A DNA stretch of 17,753 nucleotides from a virus: IMG/VR virus record IMGVR_UViG_3300035678_000011; one strand, given 5' to 3'. Of this stretch, positions 1-7,471 are shown in pieces. The notes under the pieces are model-generated. The model had not been told where the DNA came from and ran no database searches. It saw only the letters and a list, made by a program, of their open reading frames with translations. The position numbers and the translations under genes were made by a program. Within the stretch, counting starts at the first letter, position 1, and each line of letters opens with the position of its first letter.

Positions 1-127
1 GCCGCCGCAGCCCGCGATCATGGTCACGCCCAGCACGTACGGGCCGCCGCCGACCGGGGGCCGATGATGGCCGAGCCGATGGACTTCACCGTGGTCGGCC
101 CGGACGGCGACGGCGACACCTGGTTTG
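1..127. repeat. Exact 127-bp terminal direct repeat, left copy (identical to 17627..17753)
   Basis: Compared base by base: gccgccgcagcccgcgatcatgg...gacacctggtttg is present at both window ends. It carries the 3' end of CDS 17235..17693 (stop TGA 65-67) and the first 64 nt of CDS 64..423. This implies a circular or terminally redundant unit of 17,626 bp. Confidence 0.97.
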
Positions 128-423
128 CGCAGGGCGCCGTGATCGGGTTCGGCGACGACGTGCTGAACACGATGGCGATCCCGCAGAGCAGGCCGGTCGG
201 CGGGATCGTGACGCCGGCAAGCCAGCCGCCGGACGCCGACGGCATGATCGCATCGACCATGCTCAGCGTGATCATGTCGTGGCAGGATCTCGCCACGCTG
301 GCCGGGCATCTGCGGGTGTGGCGCGAGCATCTGCCGGTGCACCTGCGCGACCAGCACGACGCGCGGGCCGCGGCGGCCGAGCGTCAGTTCCGCGAGGCGC
401 TGGCCGCGGCTGGTGAGTCATGA
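64..423 (+). CDS. Hypothetical protein (119 aa), plus-strand early/accessory module
   Basis: ATG at 64 overlaps the TGA stop (65-67) of the upstream gene (ATGA). Third codon positions are almost uniformly G/C up to TGA 421-423. No family recognised. Confidence 0.75.
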   Translation: MMAEPMDFTVVGPDGDGDTWFAQGAVIGFGDDVLNTMAIPQSRPVGGIVTPASQPPDADGMIASTMLSVIMSWQDLATLAGHLRVWREHLPVHLRDQHDARAAAAERQFREALAAAGES

Positions 424-557
424 ACGGCGATCACTTCCACAACCCGCGGCGTCGCTCGCGGATCGGACAGGCGCTCGATCTGCTGCCATGGGCGCTGGTC
501 GCCGCGGCCGGGCTGGCCATGATGGTCGGTGGGATCGTGGGTCAGCTATGGCACTGA
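420..557 (+). CDS. Small single-pass membrane protein (45 aa), below ORF-track cut-off
   Basis: ATG 420-422 overlaps the stop of 64..423 (ATGA). It translates to MNGDHFHNPRRRSRIGQALDLLPWALVAAAGLAMMVGGIVGQLWH, a basic N-terminus plus one hydrophobic helix. Third positions are G/C-rich, whereas the overlapping 5' part of track ORF 413..766 has A/T-rich third positions. Confidence 0.5.
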   Translation: MNGDHFHNPRRRSRIGQALDLLPWALVAAAGLAMMVGGIVGQLWH

Positions 558-766
558 CCGGCGGGTATGACCATGAGGCCCAGGCGATCTCGCGGATGGC
601 CACGGACTGGTCGGCGTTCCGGATGTGCCCGGTGTGCAAGGCGGGCACGGGCGAGCCGTGCTACTCGCTGTCCGGCCGGATCATCGGCGGCCAGCCGGAC
701 AACATGCCGACGGTGCTGATGGATCCGCACCGGTCCCGTAAGGCCCGGACGGGTAACCGGCGGTGA
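548..766 (+). CDS. Small zinc-finger-like basic protein (72 aa)
   Basis: In-frame ATG at 548 within track ORF 413..766; overlaps 420..557 by 10 nt. Sequence: MALTGGYDHEAQAISRMATDWSAFRMCPVCKAGTGEPCYSLSG...DPHRSRKARTGNRR. It has CPxC-x6-C plus His and an Arg/Lys tail. Confidence 0.6.
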   Translation: MALTGGYDHEAQAISRMATDWSAFRMCPVCKAGTGEPCYSLSGRIIGGQPDNMPTVLMDPHRSRKARTGNRR

Positions 767-915
767 CCCCGGGCGAGCTCGAGCGACTCGTTATCGCTGC
801 AGAGCTGCCCGACCCCCGCGGCGCGCTGTGCGCGTGGTGCGGCGTACGCGGGGGACACGCACGGAGCGGGTGCCGCCAGCCGGCGACGTCGCGCAGGTGG
901 GCGCGGTTTCGCTAG
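763..915 (+). CDS. Tentative small Cys-containing protein (50 aa)
   Basis: GTG 763-765 overlaps TGA 764-766 (GTGA). Sequence: VTPGELERLVIAAELPDPRGALCAWCGVRGGHARSGCRQPATSRRWARFR; stop TAG 913-915, about 30 nt before the terminator hairpin. Third positions are mostly G/C. The ORF is short and not in the ORF track. Confidence 0.3.
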   Translation: MTPGELERLVIAAELPDPRGALCAWCGVRGGHARSGCRQPATSRRWARFR

Positions 916-941
916 GCTGACCCGAGCGGATTTCCCCCGTG

Positions 942-983
942 ACGCAGCGACCCCCGACCGGTTTCGGTCGGGGGTCGCTGTGT
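942..983. terminator. Bidirectional intrinsic-terminator-like hairpin between convergent operons
   Basis: Perfect 16-bp stem: cagcgacccccgaccg (945-960), loop gttt, cggtcgggggtcgctg (965-980). It lies between the end of the plus-strand module (766/915) and the endolysin stop (1052). Confidence 0.7.
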
Positions 984-1051
984 GCTCTGCGCGTCGTCCA
1001 CACGCTGAACGGCTTCCGTGTCCGCGGCCGCGGATTCTGGAAGCAGCCAGA

Positions 1052-1696
1052 CTACGCGGCCGGCGGCGGCGCGGCCGGCGGGGTGGTGTTCTTGACGACC
1101 TGCGCGATGTTGCGGGAGATCTCGCCGAGCTTGGTGGTCATGTCGCCGATGGCGGTCTGCGTCATCCAGGTCGTCGACTGGCCGCTGGCCGGGGTGACCG
1201 GCACCGTGTCGCTCTTGAGCAGCGCTGCGGCGATGTAGTCGGCCAGCTTGCGCATCTCTGCGTCCGTCATCTCGAGGTCTCCCAACAATCCCCAGGCGGC
1301 GGTCGACGACCAGCCGGTCCCGTCGTGGCGCGCGCTGAAGTGCGCGTGGTTGTCGTGCGGGTCGGTCGACCCGGTGTACTGGCGCCAGGCCCAGCCGTGC
1401 GACCGGGACGCGATCTGGCTCTTGTGGATGATGTACTCGAGCCGGTTGTCGGCGCCGGACGCCTGACGCGCGCGGAGCCACTCGCACCGGTCCCACAGCG
1501 ACGGTGTGCCGTGAAGGTCGACGTCGATGTCGATGGCCCGGACGGCGCCCTGCGCGTTGGGCTGATGGTCCGACGTGAGGTCGTGGCTGCTGTCTGCGAT
1601 CCACCCGTCGGCGCCCTTGTCGCGGGTCGGGTAGGCCTGGTTGAACTCGCTGCGCAGGGTGGCGAGGCTGGCGACCAGGTAGGGCGCTGGGCTCAT
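1052..1696 (-). CDS. Endolysin, zinc metallopeptidase type (LAS/M15-like H..D..HxH arrangement)
   Basis: 214 aa. Motifs: GADGWIADSSHDLTSDHQPN..GAVRAIDID, then HDNHAHFS (HxH). It is the last gene of the late operon and is ATGA-coupled to a two-TM holin-like gene. Family assignment is from motif recall only. Confidence 0.75.
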   Translation of the reverse strand: MSPAPYLVASLATLRSEFNQAYPTRDKGADGWIADSSHDLTSDHQPNAQGAVRAIDIDVDLHGTPSLWDRCEWLRARQASGADNRLEYIIHKSQIASRSHGWAWRQYTGSTDPHDNHAHFSARHDGTGWSSTAAWGLLGDLEMTDAEMRKLADYIAAALLKSDTVPVTPASGQSTTWMTQTAIGDMTTKLGEISRNIAQVVKNTTPPAAPPPAA

Positions 1697-2049
1697 GAGG
1701 GCACCTTCCCGCGGAACTGCTTGACGACGGACGCCGCGGCCCGTTCGGCGATGTCCTGCCGTTCGGCCTCGCTCATGCCGTTGGTCTGCTGCACCACGGT
1801 GTGCAGCGTGTCCGCGGTCGAGCGCTGCCCGGCGCCGACGGCGCGCTGCAGCTGGTCGATCGACTCGGCGGTCTTCTGCTGGTTGCGGATGGCGACGATC
1901 AGACCGGTAGCGATGGTGCCGAAACCCGACACCATGCCGACGATCGCGCCGTCCGACCAGTTCGCGAACACGGCCAGGCCGAGGATCAGCCCGGTCATGC
2001 CGATCAGCACCACGGCGACCAGGGCCACCATCTGGTTAGTGATCTTCAA
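1693..2049 (-). CDS. Holin-like membrane protein (two TM helices, charged C-terminal tail)
   Basis: Sequence: MKITNQMVALVAVVLIGMTGLILGLAVFANWSDGAIVGMVSGFGTIATGLIVAIRNQQK..., followed by a polar tail. The stop overlaps the endolysin ATG (ATGA at 1693-1696). TTG start at 2049 lies just after AGGGGGAAG; the start codon is uncertain (ATG at 2031 is an alternative). Confidence 0.65.
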   Translation of the reverse strand: MKITNQMVALVAVVLIGMTGLILGLAVFANWSDGAIVGMVSGFGTIATGLIVAIRNQQKTAESIDQLQRAVGAGQRSTADTLHTVVQQTNGMSEAERQDIAERAAASVVKQFRGKVPS

Positions 2050-2102
2050 ACTTCCCCCTATCGATCGTTCAGCCCCAGCGTACGGGCGGGGTGTGACAGC
2101 AC

Positions 2103-2128
2103 CCGTCGCGCCCAGCTCGAGGCGACGG
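2103..2128 (-). terminator. Hairpin between tail genes and lysis cassette (possible attenuator)
   Basis: ccgtcgc (2103-2109) pairs with gcgacgg (2122-2128): a 7-bp stem with a 12-nt loop. It sits immediately downstream of the TAG stop at 2129-2131, inside the 79-nt gap. No U-tract. Confidence 0.3.
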
Positions 2129-2659
2129 CTACAGCGAGATGCCGGTGTCGCCCGGGTCGGTGCTGAAGTGCTCGACGATCAGGTCGACCGGGGCGGTCGC
2201 GCTGGCGAAGAATTGGAAGGTGCCCAGCGCGGTGATCCGAATCCCAGACAGCAGCACCGACAGGAAACCGTTCGTCGCCGGGTACCAGTTCGCGGTCAGC
2301 ACGTTCTCGTCCGCGAGGGTGTTTTCGCTCTGGTAGCTGCGCATCTCCCCGATCTGGGTGCTGGCCGTGGTCGCCGCGGTGCCCGTGGTGGCGGACTGGA
2401 CCGCTCGCAACCGGGCGGCGCCCACCTCGTTGTTGACCGTCGAGTCGAGCGTTAGGTTGCTCGTGGTGATCCGGTAGGTGTGCCCGGCGATCACGGGGAT
2501 GTCGTCCAGGCGCAGATAGCCGGCTTCCGCGGTGATCGGGGTCTTGGCGGTGATCCGCCGGGCGCGCCGGATGTTGCTGTTGAGGCTGGCCGCGATGATG
2601 TCGTTGATGGTGCTGGCCACGATGATGTCTCCGGCCAGCACGTTGGCGTAGGCGGTCAT
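2129..2659 (-). CDS. Minor tail protein, candidate receptor-binding/tail-tip protein (176 aa)
   Basis: ATGA-coupled to the upstream tail gene (2656-2659) and is the last structural gene before lysis. Thr/Ser/Ala-rich beta-type sequence (MTAYANVLAGDIIVASTINDII...). Function inferred from position. Confidence 0.65.
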   Translation of the reverse strand: MTAYANVLAGDIIVASTINDIIAASLNSNIRRARRITAKTPITAEAGYLRLDDIPVIAGHTYRITTSNLTLDSTVNNEVGAARLRAVQSATTGTAATTASTQIGEMRSYQSENTLADENVLTANWYPATNGFLSVLLSGIRITALGTFQFFASATAPVDLIVEHFSTDPGDTGISL

Positions 2660-4758
2660 AGCGCGTACCTCCCAGGGGTCGCCACGTGGATTTCACTGCC
2701 GGCCGGCAGCGACTTGGTGACGCCGTTGATGTGCCGTGTCACCGTGCCGACTTGCAGGAACGGGCCGGTCCCGGTGACCGCTCCCATGGCGGTCACCATC
2801 ACCACCTCACCCGCGATCGTGACGGGGTAGGGGACGCCCGCGGTGGACCACACATCGCCCGGGTTGACGGTGCTGAACGTGATGGCGGTCGCGCTCGAGT
2901 TGTACAGCGCGGCGGTGGTGGTGCTGCCACTGTCGTAGCGGCTCGTGCCGTACACGCCCGGGTTGAACAGCTCGCCCGGCACCGTCGTGAACATGATCTT
3001 GCGGGTGATGGCGCCCACCACGTGCGTGATGCCGATGACGATCACGGGGATGAGGTCGGCTTCGTAGCCGGCCACGGTGAGCAGGTCGCCGATATCCACC
3101 GCGGACGCCGCGGCGACCAGGCCGGGGTTGGCGACCAGGTCGATGGTGACGCTGGCGTACCGGGACCGCGGCAGGGTGCCCCGCTTGAGCCACCAGCCGC
3201 AGAGCAGCGGCAGGTCGTTGTCCGGGTCGTTGACGTTGACGTCGACCTGCTGCTTGGCCTCACCCACCCCGGCCGGCGGCGGCTGCACGCTCATGGGACC
3301 CGTGGTGAGGATCATCTCGACGTCGGCGCCGTCGCGCTGGCTGACGATGATCCGGTTGTGGGTGCCCAGGTCGCCGATGATCTCCCGGAACGGGCTGGTG
3401 ATGTGCGTAGGGAAGGTGAGCGCCATGGCCGCGGTCTGGTTGTACCGGTCGGCGCGGGTGCGCATCGTCAACCCGATGACCGTCCTGGTGTCGTAGATCA
3501 TCCCGTCTTCGGTGGTGACGATCTCTTTCAGCAGGTTGAGGAAGGTGTCGGCCCGCTCGGGTCCCATCGGCCGGGTGTTGGCCGCCACACCCCGGACCGT
3601 CCAGGTCAAGCCCTTGTAGATCATGAGCCGGGCGAACCGGTCGGCGGCTTTCTCCCCCCGATATCCCAGGAACGCGGCGGTGCGGTCCGCCGAGTTGAGG
3701 TCGTCGGTCACCCCGGTCACGCCCAGCACGTGGCCGTACGTGGCGCCGCTGGAGAACGCGGTGCCGGTGATGCCCCAGATCTGCAGCGAGCTGGTCACCG
3801 CGCCCGCATAGGTGGGGGTGAACAGGGCGATGAACGCGCTGCCCTCGGTATACCAGGACACCTCAACCGACACGGTGCCCGCGGACACGGTGCATTTGAC
3901 CCGGAACAGATTCCACTGTGTCCAGTCGGTGTCCGACACGTCCACTAAGGAACTGATCACGCTCGTGCCGTCGCCCAGCTGGGTGATGACCTGCAGATTC
4001 GTGTCCGTGAAGATCAGCGCGCCGATGGTGCCGTCGGCCAGCCGCCAGTCGAAAAACTCGGAGAACGTACCGAGCACCGGGCGGGTCGGGAACTTGACCG
4101 CAAAGGACAGCTGCCACCCCGCGGTGGTCGACGCGACCGCCTTGAAATAGCCGGTCATGAATCCCGGGTCGGGCACGTCGATCAGCGGTTCGGAGCCCGG
4201 CGGGCGCTCCTGCGACTCGAAGTTGACCGCCTGCAGCACCCCGCCGTGCGCGCCGTCGACCGGGCTGAACAGCTCCTTGACGCCGCGCTTGTCCTCCATC
4301 GGGAAGTAGCCGACCGACGACGCGTAGGCCGAGTTCAGCCGGTACATCGGTGAGCGCAGCGGTTCGGTCCACTGCGCGATCCGGGCGAGCAGCCCGTACG
4401 CCTCGAGATCCACCCAGGCGCGGCCGAGACCGGCCGCCCGGTCGAAGTCGATGGTGCGGTCCGGCCGCCACTCGGTGGCCTCCACCACGGCGAGAATGTC
4501 GGTGCCGACGGACAGCCGGGCCGGGGTGTTCCGGCCGGCCTTGCCGTACAGCGGACTCTCCGGGTTGGAGGGCCGGAACTTGTCGGTGGCGTTGTTGAAC
4601 GCCAGCATCCCGGACGCGGCGCGCAGCGCGGCGCCCTCCTCGCCCTGCCCGCGGGTCACCCGGATCTCGTCGGCGGAGAACAGCTCGGTTTGCGCGGCGA
4701 CGGTGTTCCACACCCCGTCGTAGAACAGCTCCACTTTCGCGTCCTGCAAGGTGGCCAT
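2656..4758 (-). CDS. Large minor tail protein (700 aa), distal-tail/baseplate-hub-like
   Basis: True start taken as ATG 4758 (MATLQDAKVELFYDGVWNTV...), sharing 1 nt with the tape-measure stop (TGATG). The N-terminus resembles siphovirus distal tail proteins (..IRVTRGQGEEG..NPESPLYGKAGRNTPARL). The upstream 200 codons of track ORF 2656..5358 overlap the tape measure gene and are Arg-rich junk. Confidence 0.8.
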   Translation of the reverse strand: MATLQDAKVELFYDGVWNTVAAQTELFSADEIRVTRGQGEEGAALRAASGMLAFNNATDKFRPSNPESPLYGKAGRNTPARLSVGTDILAVVEATEWRPDRTIDFDRAAGLGRAWVDLEAYGLLARIAQWTEPLRSPMYRLNSAYASSVGYFPMEDKRGVKELFSPVDGAHGGVLQAVNFESQERPPGSEPLIDVPDPGFMTGYFKAVASTTAGWQLSFAVKFPTRPVLGTFSEFFDWRLADGTIGALIFTDTNLQVITQLGDGTSVISSLVDVSDTDWTQWNLFRVKCTVSAGTVSVEVSWYTEGSAFIALFTPTYAGAVTSSLQIWGITGTAFSSGATYGHVLGVTGVTDDLNSADRTAAFLGYRGEKAADRFARLMIYKGLTWTVRGVAANTRPMGPERADTFLNLLKEIVTTEDGMIYDTRTVIGLTMRTRADRYNQTAAMALTFPTHITSPFREIIGDLGTHNRIIVSQRDGADVEMILTTGPMSVQPPPAGVGEAKQQVDVNVNDPDNDLPLLCGWWLKRGTLPRSRYASVTIDLVANPGLVAAASAVDIGDLLTVAGYEADLIPVIVIGITHVVGAITRKIMFTTVPGELFNPGVYGTSRYDSGSTTTAALYNSSATAITFSTVNPGDVWSTAGVPYPVTIAGEVVMVTAMGAVTGTGPFLQVGTVTRHINGVTKSLPAGSEIHVATPGRYAL

Positions 4759-5741
4759 CAGCGCTTGCCGCCCAGCACGACGTCGGTGGTGCCGCGGCGC
4801 CGCACGGCCTTGCTCACCGCTTCGACCAGGGCGTCGTCGAACGCGGAGCCGGCGGAGCGGATCTCGAGCACCACCGTGCCGCCGCCGCGGGACGCCATCG
4901 AGCCGATCTTCTCGCCCGCCTGCAGCACCGCCACGGTCGGGGTGCCGGGCACACCGCCGACGACGCCTCCCGCGTGGAAGGTGGGCAGCTTGGGTACCGA
5001 GATCGAGTTGCCGCCGATGCCGGGCACCCAGCCGGGCACCGTCCAGGACAGCCGGCCGATCGTGTTGTTCCACAGTTTCGCCACGGCGTTGAAGCCGATC
5101 CGGAACGGCAGCGTGATGAAGTTGGCGATCTTGCCGAATGCGTCGCCGATCCAGCCCGGGACCTTCTTCAGCCAGTCCCACACATTCGACGCGGATTTCT
5201 TGATCCATCCCCAGGCGGCACCCCACGCCTTGGAGAACCAGTCGGTCTTCTTCGCGATCAGCACAATGATCACGATCAGGGCGACGATCGCGACGACTAT
5301 CCACGTGATCGGCGACGCGAACATGGCTGTGTTCATCAGCCATTGCGCGGCCGTCCACACCCGGGCGGCGCCCGCGGCGACCTTCTGCGCGGCCGCCTGC
5401 GCGAGGGTGGCCACCTTGGTCTGTGCCAGGGACATGATCAGCGGCGCCAGGCCACCGGCCAGGTCCGCCCAGCCTTGAATGTAGGCGACGATGCCCTGCT
5501 TACCGGGGCCTTTCATGATCGTCGCGGTGCCGTCGATGACGTCGTGGACGCCGATGAGGTTGCGCTCGGAGTTGTCCGCGGCCTCACCCACCCGGTTCAA
5601 CCCGCCGGTGTGTCCGTCTATTTCGCGGGTGGCGCCGCCGACCTTGTCGGACATGCCCTTAGCGGACGCTCCGACCCGGTCGAACGAGTCTTCGATCGGC
5701 TTGCTCTCACCCGCAAACGTGAGGGTTACCTGGTTGGGCAT
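4758..5741 (-). CDS. Tape measure protein (short, 327 aa)
   Basis: It sits between the chaperone/gp10-like genes and the tail-tip genes. It has a central hydrophobic segment (ASPITWIVVAIVALIVIIVLIA) and Trp-rich repeats (KAWGAAWGWIKK, NVWDWLKKVPGWIGDAFGKI). ATG 5741 shares 1 nt with the upstream stop. Confidence 0.85.
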   Translation of the reverse strand: MPNQVTLTFAGESKPIEDSFDRVGASAKGMSDKVGGATREIDGHTGGLNRVGEAADNSERNLIGVHDVIDGTATIMKGPGKQGIVAYIQGWADLAGGLAPLIMSLAQTKVATLAQAAAQKVAAGAARVWTAAQWLMNTAMFASPITWIVVAIVALIVIIVLIAKKTDWFSKAWGAAWGWIKKSASNVWDWLKKVPGWIGDAFGKIANFITLPFRIGFNAVAKLWNNTIGRLSWTVPGWVPGIGGNSISVPKLPTFHAGGVVGGVPGTPTVAVLQAGEKIGSMASRGGGTVVLEIRSAGSAFDDALVEAVSKAVRRRGTTDVVLGGKR

Positions 5742-6151
5742 CAGCGCACCTCGAGCCCGGCCTCAGTGGCCAGCCGGGCCAGCGCGCGGGACATGATCTC
5801 GGTGACCTCGGCGTGCCGGACCTCGAGCCCCTTGTACACGTACCGGCCGCCGCGGATGAAGTCCCGTTTGGGTGGCCGGCCGTGCACCCTGCCCTGCCCT
5901 CCGAAATCCAGCCACGGCGCGTACGGCGCCTTGCGGCCACCCAGCGCGATCCGGGCCTCCCGCTGGCTCGAGCGGGCTTTCAGCGACGCCGCGGCGGCGC
6001 CGGTGTCGTGCGGCATCCGCGGCTGCGCGTAGTCGATCACCGCCTGGCTGGCCTCGTTCAACGCCAGCCGCAGCTGTTTCGGCAGACCCGCTTCCATCGC
6101 CTTGAGGGAGCGCTGGAATTCGCGGAGCCCAGTGATCTCGATCCTGGCCAT
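5741..6151 (-). CDS. HK97 gp10-family head-tail joining / tail completion protein (136 aa)
   Basis: Sequence: MARIEITGLREFQRSLKAM...ASQAVIDYAQPRMPHDTGAAAASLKA...ARIALGGRKAPYAPWLDFGG. It fits the gp10-family pattern (G..e....L, P.dTG.L, .YA...eFG). The start abuts the upstream stop (TGAATG). Confidence 0.7.
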   Translation of the reverse strand: MARIEITGLREFQRSLKAMEAGLPKQLRLALNEASQAVIDYAQPRMPHDTGAAAASLKARSSQREARIALGGRKAPYAPWLDFGGQGRVHGRPPKRDFIRGGRYVYKGLEVRHAEVTEIMSRALARLATEAGLEVR

Positions 6152-6635
6152 TCACGCACCCGCTTTCAAACGCTCTAATTCCTCGGCCTGCATCTTCCGC
6201 GAATAGAACCGCGACCAGAGCACGAACTCGTCGTTGTCCATGATCTCGATCATCTGCCGGCGGGTCATGCCCAGCTTCTGCGCAAGGTAGAACTCGAATT
6301 CGAGGTCAGGATTGTTCTCCAGCGCCAGCCACGCCGCTTTTCCCGGCGCCCTTCTTGAGCCCCGACAGTTCGGCGACCGCGTCGGACACGGCGACCAGGT
6401 CGCCCGCGTCGGCGACACCCGCCCACACGGCGACGTCGTCACGGGTCAGCACCGGGTTGGTCATGCCGGTCGCGATGATGAAGTTGTCCCGGTCGGACAG
6501 CGACTCCATCTCCTGCATCTCGATCACCTCGTCCCGGGTCAGCGCCCGGATCGCCACGGTGGAACCGTCGAGCAGGGTGGCGGTGCCCTTGCCGGTCTTG
6601 CGGGCCAGGATCTGCGAGCGGGTCAGATGAGCCAT
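6152..6635 (-). CDS. Tail assembly chaperone, frameshifted long (G-T-like) product, about 160 aa
   Basis: A second frame stays open from 6442 to TGA 6152-6154 and reads ..GKAAWLALENNPDLEFEFYLAQKLGMTRRQMIEIMDNDEFVLWSRFYSRKMQAEELERLKAGA. It is +1 (equivalently -2) relative to the G frame. The two frames can be joined at GGGAAAAG (6344..6337). Confidence 0.55.
6306..6635 (-). CDS. Tail assembly chaperone, short (G-like) product, 109 aa
   Basis: Lies directly downstream of the major tail gene. SD AGGGGGAAA is about 9 nt before ATG 6635. Sequence: ..VAIRALTRDEVIEMQEM...AVSDAVAELSGLKKGAGK. An overlapping extension frame is present (see 6152..6635). Confidence 0.75.
   Translation of the reverse strand: MAHLTRSQILARKTGKGTATLLDGSTVAIRALTRDEVIEMQEMESLSDRDNFIIATGMTNPVLTRDDVAVWAGVADAGDLVAVSDAVAELSGLKKGAGKSGVAGAGEQS
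6337..6344 (-). promoter_or_regulatory. Candidate recoding (slippery) site GGGAAAAG
   Basis: The G frame reads GCC GGG AAA AGC and the extension frame reads CCG GGA AAA GCG. tRNA-Lys on AAA can re-pair on the next AAA one base 3' (+1). This is the only homopolymeric run in the 6306-6442 two-frame overlap. Confidence 0.45.
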
Positions 6636-6649
6636 GGTGCGGTTTCCCC

Positions 6650-7060
6650 CTACGGCAGTGCGGTGGTGGTCACCGGGCCGGAGATCTCGATCTCCGCCGA
6701 CCAGGTGATCATGTCGTCGTTCGGGTTGGTCTCGACGTACTTGGTCAGCACCCCCGCGAAAGCGTCGTTGGGCTTGCCGGTGCCCGTACCTTCCAGGTTG
6801 CGGACCACCGCGACCGTGGTGCCCAGCAACGCCTTGAGCGCGTTGCGCGGGCCGACCGACACGGTGTTGTCGTACACCCCGCCCATCGTGAACTTGCCGT
6901 CGAGCAGGCCACCCGACTTGGTCTTCGCGCCGCCGGTCGGGCTGTAGCCGGTCGTCTCGTGGAAGTCCGCCGTGCCCTCGTAGCTCGAGGTCTTGCAGTA
7001 CGGCGAGATGTCCTTGGTCGCGACTTGGATCTTGGTGAATTGCCCGTGCACGGTGGCCAT
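6650..7060 (-). CDS. Major tail protein (136 aa)
   Basis: Sits immediately upstream of the chaperone pair. SD GGAAGGGG is about 10 nt before ATG 7060. Gly/Thr-rich beta-type protein ending ..DDMITWSAEIEISGPVTTTALP. Function assigned mainly by synteny. Confidence 0.72.
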   Translation of the reverse strand: MATVHGQFTKIQVATKDISPYCKTSSYEGTADFHETTGYSPTGGAKTKSGGLLDGKFTMGGVYDNTVSVGPRNALKALLGTTVAVVRNLEGTGTGKPNDAFAGVLTKYVETNPNDDMITWSAEIEISGPVTTTALP

Positions 7061-7062
7061 GG

Positions 7063-7467
7063 CTAGGCGCCCCTTCCGACGATGTCCAGGTGAAAGATGA
7101 CGGCCAGGTAGTCCGTACCGGCGTACTTGGCGTTGTCGAACTCGGCGTAGCTCACCCGCACCGAGTCACACGCCACCCAGGCGTGCGCGAACAGCACCGC
7201 CTTGACCGACGACGCCCCCGACCCGGCCGCGTACGCGGCGAGCTGCTTACGGGCCGTGCGCACGTTCGTCACCCCGACCAGGATGACGACCGGCAGGTCC
7301 GGGTAGTTGTCGACGCCGCGGCCGTACGTCAGGTACTCGATCCGCTCCGGCAGGGCCACGATCGCCGCGGGCGGGCTGATCTTCTCCACACCCCAGGCGG
7401 GCACCCGCAGACCGGCGATGCTGCCCAGGGTGGTCCCGATCTCCAGCGAGACAGCTTCCAGGTCCAT
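7063..7467 (-). CDS. Head-tail joining / tail terminator-like protein (134 aa)
   Basis: Clean ORF between the adaptor and major tail genes with 2-4-nt gaps. Size and position fit neck/tail-terminator proteins. No decisive motif. Confidence 0.55.
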   Translation of the reverse strand: MDLEAVSLEIGTTLGSIAGLRVPAWGVEKISPPAAIVALPERIEYLTYGRGVDNYPDLPVVILVGVTNVRTARKQLAAYAAGSGASSVKAVLFAHAWVACDSVRVSYAEFDNAKYAGTDYLAVIFHLDIVGRGA

Positions 7468-7471
7468 GCCG

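Noticed and set aside
413-547. 5' part of track ORF 413..766 (MSHERRSLPQPAASLADRTGARS..)
   Set aside because: Third codon positions in this frame are A/T-rich, unlike all confident genes. The alternative frame 420..557 has the coding bias and a plausible membrane helix, so 548..766 is kept as the real gene.
4759-5358. N-terminal 200 codons of the 900-aa track ORF 2656..5358
   Set aside because: This part overlaps the tape measure gene in another frame and reads as Arg-rich junk. A clean ATG at 4758 (MATLQDAK..) sits at the tape-measure stop, so the gene is taken as 2656..4758.
6337-6344. Canonical -1 frameshift at the G_GGA_AAA heptamer
   Set aside because: The heptamer is in register only when read from the extension frame into the G frame. 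From the G frame a -1 slip enters the third frame, which terminates about 24 codons later, so only +1/-2 gives the long product.
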